A stretch of 64,000 bases of DNA from an uncultured Sphingomonas sp. (GCF_913775315.1 NZ_CAJYIX010000002.1), one strand, 5' to 3'; shown: positions 40,011-50,165, counted from the stretch's first letter. Program-made: numbers and translations. The notes: a model not told the origin generated them from the sequence alone.

Positions 40011-40687
40011 GCGCTGTCCCGGCGCCCTTCTTCCTCGGCGACGAGCGCATCGAGCCGCTTCCTCAGCGTCTCGATCTCGCAGCGCAGGATCTCGACCCGC
40101 TGCGTGGCGGGATCGAACATCTCCGCACACGGCGTGCCATAAGGGACGAAGGGCTTCTGGTACGTCTCGGCTTCGACCAGTGTCGACTTGGCGGGGATCC
40201 CTACCATCGTCGCGCCCTCGGGCACGTCCTTGGTCACCACGGCATTCGCACCCACGCGCGCGCGCGGGCCGACGGTGATGGGGCCGAGCACCTGCGCGCC
40301 CGATCCGATGATGACGCCGTCCATCAGCGTCGGATGCCGCTTGCCCGCGACGCCGTTGTCGGGGCTGGTGCCGCCCAGCGTCACGCACTGATAGATCGTC
40401 ACGTCGTCGCCGATCACCGCGGTCTCGCCGATGACGGTAAAGCCGTGGTCGATGAAGAAATTGCGTCCGATCGTCGCGCCGGGATGGATGTCGATCGCGG
40501 TCATCCAGCGCGACCAGTGATTGACGAGGCGCGCAGCAAAGAACCAGCCGCGCCGAAACAGCGCGTTGGCGATCCGGTGATAGCCGAGCGCCCAGACGCC
40601 CGGATAGAGCAGGATCTCGGCCCGCGACCGCGGCGCGGGATCGCGCGCGCGGATCGAATCAAGATAGACGCGAAGCGCCGCAAGCAT
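40007..40687 (-). CDS. cysE: Serine O-acetyltransferase
   Basis: RDPAPRS, YPGVWAL, IDIHPGATIG, KRHPT hexapeptide repeats. Confidence 0.93.
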   Translation of the reverse strand: MLAALRVYLDSIRARDPAPRSRAEILLYPGVWALGYHRIANALFRRGWFFAARLVNHWSRWMTAIDIHPGATIGRNFFIDHGFTVIGETAVIGDDVTIYQCVTLGGTSPDNGVAGKRHPTLMDGVIIGSGAQVLGPITVGPRARVGANAVVTKDVPEGATMVGIPAKSTLVEAETYQKPFVPYGTPCAEMFDPATQRVEILRCEIETLRKRLDALVAEEEGRRDSA

Positions 40688-40845
40688 GGCGTGTCCCCTA
40701 GCCACGAAGATCGGCATGTAGGACGCCGTTCAGGTCATTCCAAGCGCGGAACCGTTGCCGCTTGTCCGCGCTAAACCCGAACTGTCTTGTTTACCGGCGT
40801 TTGGGGCGGCAATCCCCATCATCGCACTCTACGATAAGGACGCGC

Positions 40846-41625
40846 ATGTTCGAGGGGCTCCAGGTTGCCGAATTGCTGCCGTACGTCGCGGTCGGCCTCG
40901 TTGCGCAGATCGTCGACGGTGCACTCGGCATGGCGTTCGGGGTGATCTCGAGCACGCTGCTGGTCAGCGTCATCGGCGTGCCGCCCGCCACCGCGTCGGC
41001 CGGCGTCCACCTCGTCGAATGCGCGACGACGGGCGTGTCGGGGATCAGCCACGCGCTGCATAAGAACGTCAACTGGCGGATGTTCTGGCGGCTGCTCGTC
41101 CCTGGCATCCTAGGCGGGGTGACGGGCGCGTATCTGCTCACATCGATCGATGCGTCGGTGACGCGGCCGATCGTCATGGCCTATCTGTCGGGCATCGGCC
41201 TCTACCTCCTCTGGCGCGGGCTTCGCTATCCGCCGCACCGGGAGCGGGAGCCGAAGATCATCGAGCCGCTGGGACTGGCCGGCGGGTTTCTCGACGCCGC
41301 GGGCGGTGGCGGCTGGGGGCCGGTCGTGACCTCCAACCTGCTCGTCCAGGGCGGCACGCCGCGCACCACCATCGGCACGGTCAATTCGGTCGAGTTCTTC
41401 CTGACCGTCTCGGTCTCGATCACCTTCCTGATCGGCATCGGCACCAAGGGGTTCGGCCCCGATTTCTGGCACCCGGTGATCGGCCTCTTGATCGGCGGCG
41501 TGATCGCCGCGCCCTTCGGCGCGATGATCGCCAAGCGCGTGCCGACCAAGACGCTGCTGGTGCTCGTCGGCATCGTCCTGACCGCGACCAGCCTGTTCAG
41601 CATCTATCGCTTCTTTTCGGCCTGA
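40846..41625 (+). CDS. TauE/SafE sulfite exporter family
   Basis: DGALGMAFG, GGGGWGPVVT. Confidence 0.88.
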   Translation: MFEGLQVAELLPYVAVGLVAQIVDGALGMAFGVISSTLLVSVIGVPPATASAGVHLVECATTGVSGISHALHKNVNWRMFWRLLVPGILGGVTGAYLLTSIDASVTRPIVMAYLSGIGLYLLWRGLRYPPHREREPKIIEPLGLAGGFLDAAGGGGWGPVVTSNLLVQGGTPRTTIGTVNSVEFFLTVSVSITFLIGIGTKGFGPDFWHPVIGLLIGGVIAAPFGAMIAKRVPTKTLLVLVGIVLTATSLFSIYRFFSA

Positions 41626-41637
41626 TTCGCGCCGCCT

Positions 41638-41660
41638 ATTGATCGACTGAACCGATCAAT
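41638..41660. promoter_or_regulatory. Perfect palindrome, putative LysR/OxyR binding site
   Basis: ATTGATCG-N7-CGATCAAT, 13 bp upstream of the ATG. Confidence 0.65.
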
Positions 41661-41673
41661 CCATCTGTCGGGG

Positions 41674-42597
41674 ATGACGACCTATCTGCCCACGCTGAAG
41701 CAGCTCCAGTATCTGGTGGCGCTGAACGACGCGGGGCATTTCGGGCGGGCGGCCGATGCCTGCTACGTCACGCAATCGACGCTGTCGGCGGGCATCCGCG
41801 AGCTCGAGACGCTGATCGGCGTCACGCTGGTCGAGCGGACGCGGCGGGTCGTGCGCTTCACCCCGCTAGGCGAGCGGATCGCCGACAAGGCGCGCCGCGT
41901 GCTGCGCGAGGCGGACGAACTGGGCGAGATCGCGCGTGCGGCGGGCCGCCCGCTGACCGGCGAGATGCGGATGAGCGTCATCCCCACCATCGCGCCGTTC
42001 CTGCTGCCGCAGATCCTGCCGCAGCTGCGGCGCGAATATCCCGACCTCAAGCTCTTCCTGCGCGAGGAGCCGACGGGGCCGGCGTGCGAGGCGCTGCATT
42101 CGGGCCGAACCGACTGCGTCCTCCTCGCGCTTCCCTATGCCTGCGGCGAGGTGGAGGTCGAGCCGCTGTTCGCCGACCGGCTGTTCGTCGCTTTCCCCCA
42201 GGCCGATACGCTGCCCGGGTCCGGCCCGGTGATGGCCGACGATATCGACGAAACGCGGCTCTTGCTGCTTGAGGACGGTCATTGCCTGCGCGATCATGCA
42301 CTGGCGGTCTGCGCCACGTCGGAGTTGCGCGGGCAGGCGGCGATGCTGGGCACGTCGCTGCATACGATCGTGCAGATGGTCGAGAACGGCCTCGGCGTCA
42401 CGATGCTGCCCGAAATGGCGATCGGCGCGGGCATCCTGCGCGGCACGCATATCGACGCGCGGCCGATTGATGCCGAGCGGGCGGAGCGGCGCATCGCGCT
42501 CGTTTGGCGCAAGGCGAGCCCGCGCGAGCGCGACTTCCGGCTGCTCGCCGACGTGCTGCGCACCGCCGCCGCCAAGCGTACGGACCAAGGTCGGTAA
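41674..42597 (+). CDS. oxyR: Hydrogen peroxide-inducible genes activator (LysR family)
   Basis: LysR HTH; GHCLRDHALAVC with both redox cysteines. Confidence 0.85.
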   Translation: MTTYLPTLKQLQYLVALNDAGHFGRAADACYVTQSTLSAGIRELETLIGVTLVERTRRVVRFTPLGERIADKARRVLREADELGEIARAAGRPLTGEMRMSVIPTIAPFLLPQILPQLRREYPDLKLFLREEPTGPACEALHSGRTDCVLLALPYACGEVEVEPLFADRLFVAFPQADTLPGSGPVMADDIDETRLLLLEDGHCLRDHALAVCATSELRGQAAMLGTSLHTIVQMVENGLGVTMLPEMAIGAGILRGTHIDARPIDAERAERRIALVWRKASPRERDFRLLADVLRTAAAKRTDQGR

Positions 42598-42708
42598 GGG
42601 AAACCATCGCAGCACTGAAACGTAGATCAATCGCGCGCCGTGTCGCTCCCCCCCTCCCCCCGCCGCGGCGCGCACCCCGTTTCACGTTCCAGTCGATGGA
42701 GACGCCCG

Positions 42709-43344
42709 ATGAACCGCTTTTCGATGATCGCCCTAGCCGGCCTCGCCGCCACCTCGACCCTCGCGATGGCCCAGACGACGCCTGGTACGACGCCGACCAC
42801 GACGCAGGCGCAGCCGATGGCCGGTCAGACCGCCACCACCACGACGGCGGCTACCCCCGCTGCCGCCACCGGCACGATCGCCGACGCCGCGATGGCGAAC
42901 CCCAAGCTGTCGACGCTGGTCAGCGCGGTGAAGGCCGCCGACCTCGCCACCACGCTGTCGGGTCCCGGCCCCTTCACCGTCTTCGCGCCCGAGAACGAGG
43001 CGTTCACGCGGCTCGCTCCCGGCACGCTCGACACGCTGCTCAAGCCCGAGAACAAGCCGACGCTGACCAAGGTGCTGACCTATCACGTCGTGCCGGGCAA
43101 GGTGACGCTTGAGCAGCTTCGCGCGCAGATGAAGGCCGGCGGCGGCAAGGCCACGCTGACCACGGTCGAGGGTAGCCCGCTGACCGTCACCGAGGAAGGC
43201 GCGGCAATCGCGCTGGTCGATGCCAGCGGCAACAAGAGCTATGTCGCGCAGCCCGACGTGATGGCCTCGAACGGCGTCGTCCACGTCGTCAATGGCGTCG
43301 TCGTGCCCAAGCTGGCGCCGGCGACCTCGACCTCGGGCTCGTAA
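42709..43344 (+). CDS. Fasciclin (FAS1) domain secreted protein
   Basis: Signal peptide; GPFTVFAPENEAF, LTYHVV, NGVVHVVN. Confidence 0.92.
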   Translation: MNRFSMIALAGLAATSTLAMAQTTPGTTPTTTQAQPMAGQTATTTTAATPAAATGTIADAAMANPKLSTLVSAVKAADLATTLSGPGPFTVFAPENEAFTRLAPGTLDTLLKPENKPTLTKVLTYHVVPGKVTLEQLRAQMKAGGGKATLTTVEGSPLTVTEEGAAIALVDASGNKSYVAQPDVMASNGVVHVVNGVVVPKLAPATSTSGS

Positions 43345-43366
43345 GCCCCCGGTCGCAACCCGAACG

Positions 43367-43397
43367 AAGGGGCGTCGCAGCGATGCGGCGCCCTTTT
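43367..43397 (+). terminator. Rho-independent terminator
   Basis: GGGCGTCGCA-GCGA-TGCGGCGCCC-TTTT. Confidence 0.75.
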
Positions 43398-43398
43398 G

Positions 43399-43836
43399 CT
43401 ATGCCCAGTCGGTGGCCCGTTGCGCATCCGCCGCCCGCGCCTCGACCCAGCGCGTACCTTCGGGTGTGACCTCCCGCTTCCAGAAAGGCGCGTCGGTCTT
43501 CAGCCGGTCGATGCAATAGGCGCAGGCATCGAGCGCCGGCTGCCGGTGCGCGGCCGCGGTCGCGACGAGGACGATGCGCTCGCCCGGCCCCATCGGGCCG
43601 ACGCGGTGGACGATCGTCACCGCTTCCAGCGACCAGCGCGCGGCGGCAGTCCGGGCCACCGCCTCCAGCGCCGCTTCGGTCATGCCGGGATAATGTTCGA
43701 GCTCGAGCGTACTGACCCCGTCGTCGGCGCGGACGCGGCCGATGAAGCTGGCGATCCCGCCCGCCCCCTCGACCTCGACGCGCGCCAGTTCGGTGGCGAC
43801 GTCGATCGGATCGGGGGTGACGAGGATGCGGATCAT
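43399..43836 (-). CDS. moaE: Molybdopterin synthase catalytic subunit
   Basis: LEHYPGM, HRVG, LKTDAPFWKRE. Confidence 0.95.
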   Translation of the reverse strand: MIRILVTPDPIDVATELARVEVEGAGGIASFIGRVRADDGVSTLELEHYPGMTEAALEAVARTAAARWSLEAVTIVHRVGPMGPGERIVLVATAAAHRQPALDACAYCIDRLKTDAPFWKREVTPEGTRWVEARAADAQRATDWA

Positions 43837-44090
43837 CCGCCCGTCACCGGCGGGAAGATCGCGATTTCCCTCGCCCCCGCGATGGCCGCGTCGAGCGGAA
43901 CGAAGGCCTGGTCGATCGCCGCGCGCAGCCGCTCGCGGTTCTCGAACGCGGCGGCATGCGCCTCGCTGGAGGACGCGAGCCAGTCGATCAGTGCGCCCAC
44001 CGTCTCGACCCCGGCGGGCGGATCGACGCGCTCCTGACCCACGCCGATCACCTCTCGCACCCAGGCGAAATAGAGCATCTCGATCGCCAT
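43833..44090 (-). CDS. moaD: Molybdopterin synthase sulfur carrier
   Basis: LYFAWVRE...AIFPPVTGG. Confidence 0.95.
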   Translation of the reverse strand: MAIEMLYFAWVREVIGVGQERVDPPAGVETVGALIDWLASSSEAHAAAFENRERLRAAIDQAFVPLDAAIAGAREIAIFPPVTGG

Positions 44091-44644
44091 CAGGTGTCCA
44101 TGTGCTTCAAGCCGACGCGCAGGTAATCCCAGCCCGTCACCAGCGTCAGCACCGCCGCGCCCCAGAGGCTGACGAGCCCGACGACGCGGACGAAGCCGTA
44201 ATCCGGCACCGCGCCCGCCAGGATCAGCGCGCCCAGTGCCACCAGTTGCAGCGTCGTCTTCCACTTGGCCAGCCGCGACACCGGCACGGACACGCGCAGG
44301 CTGCCGAGGAACTCGCGCAGCCCCGACACCATGATCTCGCGCAGCAGGATGACGAGGCCGGCGATCAGGTGCACCCCGCCGATGTCGCGAGTCGAGGCGA
44401 GCATCAGGATCACCGCGGCGACCATGATCTTGTCGGCGATGGGGTCGAGGAAGATGCCAAGCTTCGACACCGTCCCCTGCGACCGGGCGAGGTAGCCGTC
44501 GAGATAGTCGGTGAACCCGACGATGCAGTAGAGGACGAAGGCGATCGCATAGCCGGCCGCCCATTGCGGCCACCAGAGCAGGCCGACGAGCAGCGGCACC
44601 GCGAAGATCCGTGACAGGGTCAGGATGTTGGGCAGCGTCAGCAT
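44090..44644 (-). CDS. pgsA: CDP-diacylglycerol--glycerol-3-phosphate 3-phosphatidyltransferase
   Basis: TDYLDGYLAR...GIFLDPIADK. Confidence 0.95.
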   Translation of the reverse strand: MLTLPNILTLSRIFAVPLLVGLLWWPQWAAGYAIAFVLYCIVGFTDYLDGYLARSQGTVSKLGIFLDPIADKIMVAAVILMLASTRDIGGVHLIAGLVILLREIMVSGLREFLGSLRVSVPVSRLAKWKTTLQLVALGALILAGAVPDYGFVRVVGLVSLWGAAVLTLVTGWDYLRVGLKHMDT

Positions 44645-44781
44645 CAGCGTGCCCTAACACCCGATCGCCTGCCGCGCCACGCTTCCCATGCGTACCAGCG
44701 AGCGGGTTGAGCGCCCCTCCCCTAGCCGCTACACCCACCGCTTCCTGTCGCCACGCGTCTCAACAAGGCCGGTTGCCCCGC

Positions 44782-46071
44782 ATGATCAACGCGCTCGGAC
44801 TGCTCAAGGAGCGCCGATTCCTCCCCCTGTTCGTGACGCAGTTCCTCGGCGCCTATAACGACAACCTGTTCAAGACCGCGATGGTGCTGTTCGCGACGTA
44901 CCAGATCTTCAAGGATCCGGCGACCGAATCGAACTTCAACGCGCTCGCCACCGGCCTGTCGCTGATCCCGTTCTTCCTCCTCTCCGCGCTGTCGGGCCAG
45001 CTTGCCGACAGCTACGACAAGGCGCGGATCATCCGGTTGGTGAAGCTGGCCGAGATCGGCATCATGATCTTCGGCGCCGCGGGCCTCATCATCGCCAAGC
45101 ACGGCTATACGACGCCGGGGATCGCGATGATGCTGGGCGCGGTGCTGATGCTCGGCGTCCACTCGACCTTCTTCGGCCCGATCAAATACGCGATCCTGCC
45201 GCAGCATCTGGACGAGGATCAGGTGTTGGGCGGCACCGGGCTGGTCGAGGCGGGGACGTACCTCTCGATCCTGCTCGGCACCGTGACCGCCGGCTGGATC
45301 GGGGTCGAGGCGGCGGCAGTGACGGTGATCCTCGTCGCCTGCGTCGGCCTGCTGGCGGGGCGCCAGGTGCCGCCGGCACCGCGCGCGGGCGCGATGCTGA
45401 AGATCAACTGGAACCCCTTCACCGCCTCCTACGCATTGATCCGCCAGACGATGCACATCCGGCGGCTGTTCCTCGCCATCTGTGCGATCAGCTTCTTCTG
45501 GACGATCGGCGCGGTGCTGATCGTCATCTTCCCCCCGCTCGCCAAGAACGTGCTGACGGCGGACGAGAAGGTGGCGAGCCTGATGATCGCGATCTTCTCG
45601 ATCGGGGTGGCGATCGGGTCGGTCATCATCAACTCGATGCTGAAGTCGGAGATTTCGGCGAAATACTCGCCCATCTCGGTGATCGGCATGGCGGTGTTCG
45701 TCGTCGCCTTCTCGATCGAATCGCGGCTGTGGATTGCCGCGCCGCCGGGGCAGCTCTACGACGTGTGGGATTTCGTCAGCCATCCGCAGTCGCTGCTGGT
45801 ACTCGGCACGCTGATGGCGATCGCGACGACGGGGGGCATGTTCGTCGTGCCGCTCTATGCGTTCCTGACGACCACGGTGACGAAGGACCAGACCGCGCGC
45901 ACGGTGGCGGCGAACAACGTCGTCAATGCAGGGGCCATGGTGATCGGCGCGGCGGCGGTGATCGCGATCACGGCGCTCGGCGTCGGGCCGGCGGACATGC
46001 TGCTGGTGGTGGCGGGCATGTGCGTGGTGTCGGCGTGGATCGCCCGGCAGCTACACCGCGCCTGCGATTGA
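44782..46071 (+). CDS. MFS transporter, LplT/Aas-associated type
   Basis: FLGAYNDNLFK, FGPIKYAILP, GGTGLVEAGT. Confidence 0.85.
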   Translation: MINALGLLKERRFLPLFVTQFLGAYNDNLFKTAMVLFATYQIFKDPATESNFNALATGLSLIPFFLLSALSGQLADSYDKARIIRLVKLAEIGIMIFGAAGLIIAKHGYTTPGIAMMLGAVLMLGVHSTFFGPIKYAILPQHLDEDQVLGGTGLVEAGTYLSILLGTVTAGWIGVEAAAVTVILVACVGLLAGRQVPPAPRAGAMLKINWNPFTASYALIRQTMHIRRLFLAICAISFFWTIGAVLIVIFPPLAKNVLTADEKVASLMIAIFSIGVAIGSVIINSMLKSEISAKYSPISVIGMAVFVVAFSIESRLWIAAPPGQLYDVWDFVSHPQSLLVLGTLMAIATTGGMFVVPLYAFLTTTVTKDQTARTVAANNVVNAGAMVIGAAAVIAITALGVGPADMLLVVAGMCVVSAWIARQLHRACD

Positions 46072-46081
46072 ACCCGTAAAG

Positions 46082-46102
46082 CCCCTCCCTTTCAGGGAGG
46101 GG
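46082..46102. repeat. Short palindrome of the CCCCTCCC family
   Basis: CCCCTCCCT-TTC-AGGGAGGGG; resembles arms of the 29344-29521 element. Confidence 0.6.
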
Positions 46103-46108
46103 AGCAGG

Positions 46109-46273
46109 TCAGAGCAGAAACGTGTAAAAGCAGACGAAGAACGCGGTGAAGCTCAGGACGAACAGCTTCACGTCACCGTCCTCCGCACGCTTGGCATTCG
46201 CGGCGCGGTCGGTTCGCGTCAGCTTGAGCTGGCGGCGGAGCGGGTGGCTGGCGGGAACGGCACGGGTTCGCAT
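46109..46273 (-). CDS. 54-aa small protein, basic N-terminus and C-terminal TM helix (not in ORF track)
   Basis: MRTRAVPASHPLRRQLKLTRTDRAANAKRAEDGDVKLFVLSFTAFFVCFYTFLL. Confidence 0.65.
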   Translation of the reverse strand: MRTRAVPASHPLRRQLKLTRTDRAANAKRAEDGDVKLFVLSFTAFFVCFYTFLL

Positions 46274-46356
46274 GACAGCGTTAACGCGCCGTTTACGATT
46301 TGGCTCAAGCCCGATTGCGGGGGCGCCCGTCCCCTAGCGGGACGGACGCCGCCCGA

Positions 46357-49300
46357 TCACTCCCACCAATAGGGCAGGCGCTTCGCGGTCCCGGTCTCGA
46401 CCTCGTTCATCGTCCGCGCGTCATACAGCCGCCCGCCGAGCATCACCCGCGCCACCTTGTCCGAATTGCGGATGTCCTGTGTGGGATCGGCATCGAGCAC
46501 CACCAAGTCGGCGAGCTTGCCCGCCTCGAGGCTGCCGATATCGCGCGCCATGCCGAGCGAGCGGGCGGACTCGATCGTCCCCGCCGCCAGCGCCTCGACC
46601 GGGGTCATGCCGCCGCGCACGAAGGACCAGAGTTCCCAGTGCGAGCCGATGCCCGCCTGCTGCCCGTGCGCGCCGATCGAGACGTGGCGCCCGGCCTTCG
46701 CGATCCGCCGGGCCTCGCGCGCATTGTCGTCGTCGACGAAATTGCTCTCGGGCGCCTTCACCACCCGCGCGGTCGAGGCGAGCAGCTCGTCGCGCGGGGT
46801 GTGGATCAGCAGCGGGTTGTCGTAGACGTTGGTCGCCTGCCGCCAATAGGGCTCGCCCGCGAGGCCGCCATAGCTGACGATCAGCGTCGGCGTGTAGTTG
46901 GTGTCCGACTGGCCGAACATCTGCACCACGTCGCCATAGAACTTCTCCAGCGGGATGTTGTGCTCGAGCGTCGAGTTGCCGTCGGCGATCAGGTTCATGT
47001 CCATGCCGAACAGCGACCCGCCCTCGGCCACCACCTGCATCCCCTCGGCCCGCGCGGCGGCGACCACCATCTGGCGCTGTTCACGGCGCGGCTGGTTGTA
47101 GTTCTTCACCGAATGCGCGCCCTGCGCCTTCAGCCGGCGGACATGGTCCAGCGCGTCCTGATAACCGTCGATCCGCGCATACACGTCGGCCGCACGCGCG
47201 CCGTAGATGATCTCGCCGGTCGAATAGATGCGCGGGCCGGTCAGCAACCCGGCACGCTGCATCTCGCTGGCGACGAAGATCTCGCTCGCGGTGGAGGACG
47301 GGTCGTGGATCGTCGTCGTGCCGAGCGCGAGGTTCTGAATGAGCGACCAGTTCTGCTGCGGCACCACCTCGTCATCGCCCTCGGGCCCGTGCGCGTGCGC
47401 GTCGATCAGGCCGGGGATGATCGTCTTGCCCGCGACGTCGATCGTCTTCGCGCCCGCGGGGATCGGGGTGGAGGCGCGCGGACCCACGGCGACGATGCGG
47501 TCGCCGCGAATGACGACCACGCCGTCGTCGACGATCCCGCCCTCGGCATTCGCCATCGTGACCAGCCGTGCGCCGGTCAGCGCAACGGTGGCGGTCGGCT
47601 TCGCCGCCTCGACCGGCATCGACAGGTCGAGGCCGGTGGTCGGGGGAACGAACTTCGCCGCATTCTCGCCCGCGGGGGCGGAGGGGAACAGCCGCGACCG
47701 CTCGGCGGTGTAGAGCGTGGGCCCCGTCGACCAGTGGATGCGGTCGCCCTTCGCCGACCAGTTCACATAGGTCGCGCCATTGGCGCTGACGCGCGTCACC
47801 GGCAGCGCCTTCGAGTCGGGGTCGATCTCCAGCGCCTGGTTGCCCGGCACCAGCGGTACGACGAACGCCTCGTAATTCTGCACGAACGCCGCCGTCCGGC
47901 CATCGGGCGAGACCGAGAAGTTGGTGGCCAGCTCGCCGACGAAATGCGTCTGCTTCGCCCCGCCATTGAGGTCGGTCGAGACGAGCACCTGCTTCCCCTC
48001 GTCCTCGCCCACCATGAAAAGCCGGTCGCTGGCCGCGCCGAATTGCGGCAGGGCCATGTCCTTGGCGACCAGCACCGGCGCGCCGCCGCTCGCCGCCACG
48101 CGATAGACGCCGGTGTCGAGCGCATAGCCGGGCAGCGTCACGCTGCGATTGCCCTTGCCCTCGAACACGATCGTCCGGCCGTCGGGTGAGAAGCGTGGGC
48201 GGGCGTAGTGACCGGGCCGCGTCGTGATCGCCTTCGCCGCGCCGCCCGCGGCGGACACGGTCATCAGCCGCCCCGCCCCCGCATCGGTCCAGTCGACATA
48301 GGCGATGGTGCGACCATCGGGCGACCAGGTGGGGAACAGCTCGCGCCCATCACCGCCCCGCGTCAGCCGCTTCGCCGCGCCGCCCGCCATCGGCTTGACG
48401 TAGAGCTTGCTCAGGCTCTCGAACACCACCCGGCCACCATCGGGGGAGACGGTGGCGAAGCGCGGCATCTTCGTCGTGAAGCGTTCCTCGCCCACCGCGA
48501 TCTCAGGGTGCGGCGCCTGCGTCACGGTGCGCGTGTCGCTGACATGGAACGGGATCTGCCGTGCCTGTCCGGTCGCCACGTCGATGCGGTTGAGCTTGCC
48601 GCCGGCCCAGACGACGATCTCCTTGTCGCCGGGCATCCACGCCATGTTCGGATAGACACCGGTGACCGCCCAGGTTTCCTGCACGTCCTGGTCGAGCGAA
48701 TCGTAAACCTTGCGCTCCGCCCCGCTCTCCAGATCGCGGACATAAAGCTTCGACCGCGTCGCCTCGCGCCGGACGAAGGCGATCTTCTTGCCGTCGTGCG
48801 AGGGCTGCGGACGGACCGAGCCGCCATTGCCGGTGACGACCGCGCTCGTCTCGCCGGTCGCCAGATCGACCTTTTCGATATGGAACAGATCGGTGTTCGA
48901 GTTCTGCGCGTATTCGAAAATCGGGCCCGGCGTCACGTTGCGGGTGAAATAGACCGACTTGCCATCGGGTGCGAAGACCGGCTCGCCCAGTTCCTTCTGG
49001 TGCCGCTCGTTCGGCCGCTTCACCAGCCGAACACCCGCCCCGCCGGAGACGTGGTACATCCACACCTCCCCGGTGCCGAGGCTGCGGCCCGTCGTGAAAT
49101 GCTTCTTGGCGACGATATACTGCCCATCCGGCGACCAGCTCGGCTGGTTGAGCAGGCGGAAGTCCTCCTTCGTGACCTGTCGCTTGTCGCTGCCGTCTAC
49201 GTTCATGATCCAGATATTGTCGCCGCCGCCCCGGTCGGAGGCGAAGGCGATGCGGCGGCCGTCGGGCGAGAAGCGCGGCTGCACTTCCCATGCCAGCCCC

Positions 49301-49680
49301 TCGGCGATGCGACGCGGCGTGCCGCCCGCGATCGGCATGGTGTAGATGTCGCCCAGCAGCGTGAACGCGATCGTGCCGCCGTCGGGGCTGACGTCCACGT
49401 CCATCCAGCTCCCCTCGTCGGTGTCGATCTTCACCTGCCGAAGCTGCGCGCCCTGCGGCGCGTTGACGTCCCACTTCGCCTTCTTGTCCGCGGCCGCCGC
49501 CGGAGCCTGGACGGTCGCGAAATTTGGGGCGGCTTGCGACGCGGCGGCGGGTTGCGGCGATCGCGCCTCGTTCTCGGGCGCTTCGGTCGCGGCGACCGGT
49601 GGCTGGGCCTGCGGCGTCTGAGCCTGCGCGGTCCCGAGCGAAAGGCTGATCGCGAGCAGCGAAACGGCGGTGCGCGGCAT
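46357..49680 (-). CDS. Amidohydrolase with N-terminal TolB-like (PD40) beta-propellers
   Basis: Repeated P-x-F/W-S-P-D-G units; PGLIDAHAH; GKLADLVVL. Confidence 0.88.
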   Translation of the reverse strand: MPRTAVSLLAISLSLGTAQAQTPQAQPPVAATEAPENEARSPQPAAASQAAPNFATVQAPAAAADKKAKWDVNAPQGAQLRQVKIDTDEGSWMDVDVSPDGGTIAFTLLGDIYTMPIAGGTPRRIAEGLAWEVQPRFSPDGRRIAFASDRGGGDNIWIMNVDGSDKRQVTKEDFRLLNQPSWSPDGQYIVAKKHFTTGRSLGTGEVWMYHVSGGAGVRLVKRPNERHQKELGEPVFAPDGKSVYFTRNVTPGPIFEYAQNSNTDLFHIEKVDLATGETSAVVTGNGGSVRPQPSHDGKKIAFVRREATRSKLYVRDLESGAERKVYDSLDQDVQETWAVTGVYPNMAWMPGDKEIVVWAGGKLNRIDVATGQARQIPFHVSDTRTVTQAPHPEIAVGEERFTTKMPRFATVSPDGGRVVFESLSKLYVKPMAGGAAKRLTRGGDGRELFPTWSPDGRTIAYVDWTDAGAGRLMTVSAAGGAAKAITTRPGHYARPRFSPDGRTIVFEGKGNRSVTLPGYALDTGVYRVAASGGAPVLVAKDMALPQFGAASDRLFMVGEDEGKQVLVSTDLNGGAKQTHFVGELATNFSVSPDGRTAAFVQNYEAFVVPLVPGNQALEIDPDSKALPVTRVSANGATYVNWSAKGDRIHWSTGPTLYTAERSRLFPSAPAGENAAKFVPPTTGLDLSMPVEAAKPTATVALTGARLVTMANAEGGIVDDGVVVIRGDRIVAVGPRASTPIPAGAKTIDVAGKTIIPGLIDAHAHGPEGDDEVVPQQNWSLIQNLALGTTTIHDPSSTASEIFVASEMQRAGLLTGPRIYSTGEIIYGARAADVYARIDGYQDALDHVRRLKAQGAHSVKNYNQPRREQRQMVVAAARAEGMQVVAEGGSLFGMDMNLIADGNSTLEHNIPLEKFYGDVVQMFGQSDTNYTPTLIVSYGGLAGEPYWRQATNVYDNPLLIHTPRDELLASTARVVKAPESNFVDDDNAREARRIAKAGRHVSIGAHGQQAGIGSHWELWSFVRGGMTPVEALAAGTIESARSLGMARDIGSLEAGKLADLVVLDADPTQDIRNSDKVARVMLGGRLYDARTMNEVETGTAKRLPYWWE

Positions 49681-49748
49681 GATTGTCTCCCCGACTGGAT
49701 CGTTATTTGGTGCCGGGCGTAACCATCGGGGTGGCCAAGGGCAATGCC

Positions 49749-50165
49749 ATGACCGAACGCTTCGATCTCGAACGCTTCGTGACCGCGCAGGCGGGCGTCT
49801 ATCCCGCCGCGCTGGCCGAGCTTCGCGCGGGCGAGAAGCGGTCGCACTGGATGTGGTTCGTGTTCCCGCAGATCGCCGGGCTGGGGCGGAGCGCGATAGC
49901 CGCGGCCTATGCGATCGGGTCGCTCGAGGAAGCGCGGGCGTATCTCGCGCATCCGGTTTTGGGGCAGCGCTATCTTGAATGTGTCAAGGCGCTCCTGACG
50001 CATCGCGGGCGTTCCGCCGAGGCGATCATGGGCACCGTCGATGCGATGAAGCTGCGGTCCTCGCTGACGCTGTTCGCGGCGGCGGGCGGTGGGGCGCTGG
50101 TGGAAGAGGCGCTGCGAACGTTCTTCGGCGAACCGGATCGGGCGACGTTGGAGAGGATCGGGTAG
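49749..50165 (+). CDS. DUF1810 domain protein
   Basis: FDLERFVTAQ, KRSHWMWFVFPQ, KLRSSLTLF. Confidence 0.9.
   Translation: MTERFDLERFVTAQAGVYPAALAELRAGEKRSHWMWFVFPQIAGLGRSAIAAAYAIGSLEEARAYLAHPVLGQRYLECVKALLTHRGRSAEAIMGTVDAMKLRSSLTLFAAAGGGALVEEALRTFFGEPDRATLERIG

Noticed and set aside
42599-42627. EcfG/sigmaT promoter upstream of the fasciclin gene (also 40734-40758 upstream of tauE)
   Set aside because: One or two mismatches to GGAAC-N16/17-CGTT; too weak in GC-rich DNA to call
20453-49722. Many long antisense or alternate-frame ORFs in the track (e.g. 20453-22432, 27524-29488, 29796-31634, 46300-48189)
   Set aside because: Arg/Ala/Gly-rich shadows of real genes, expected at high GC
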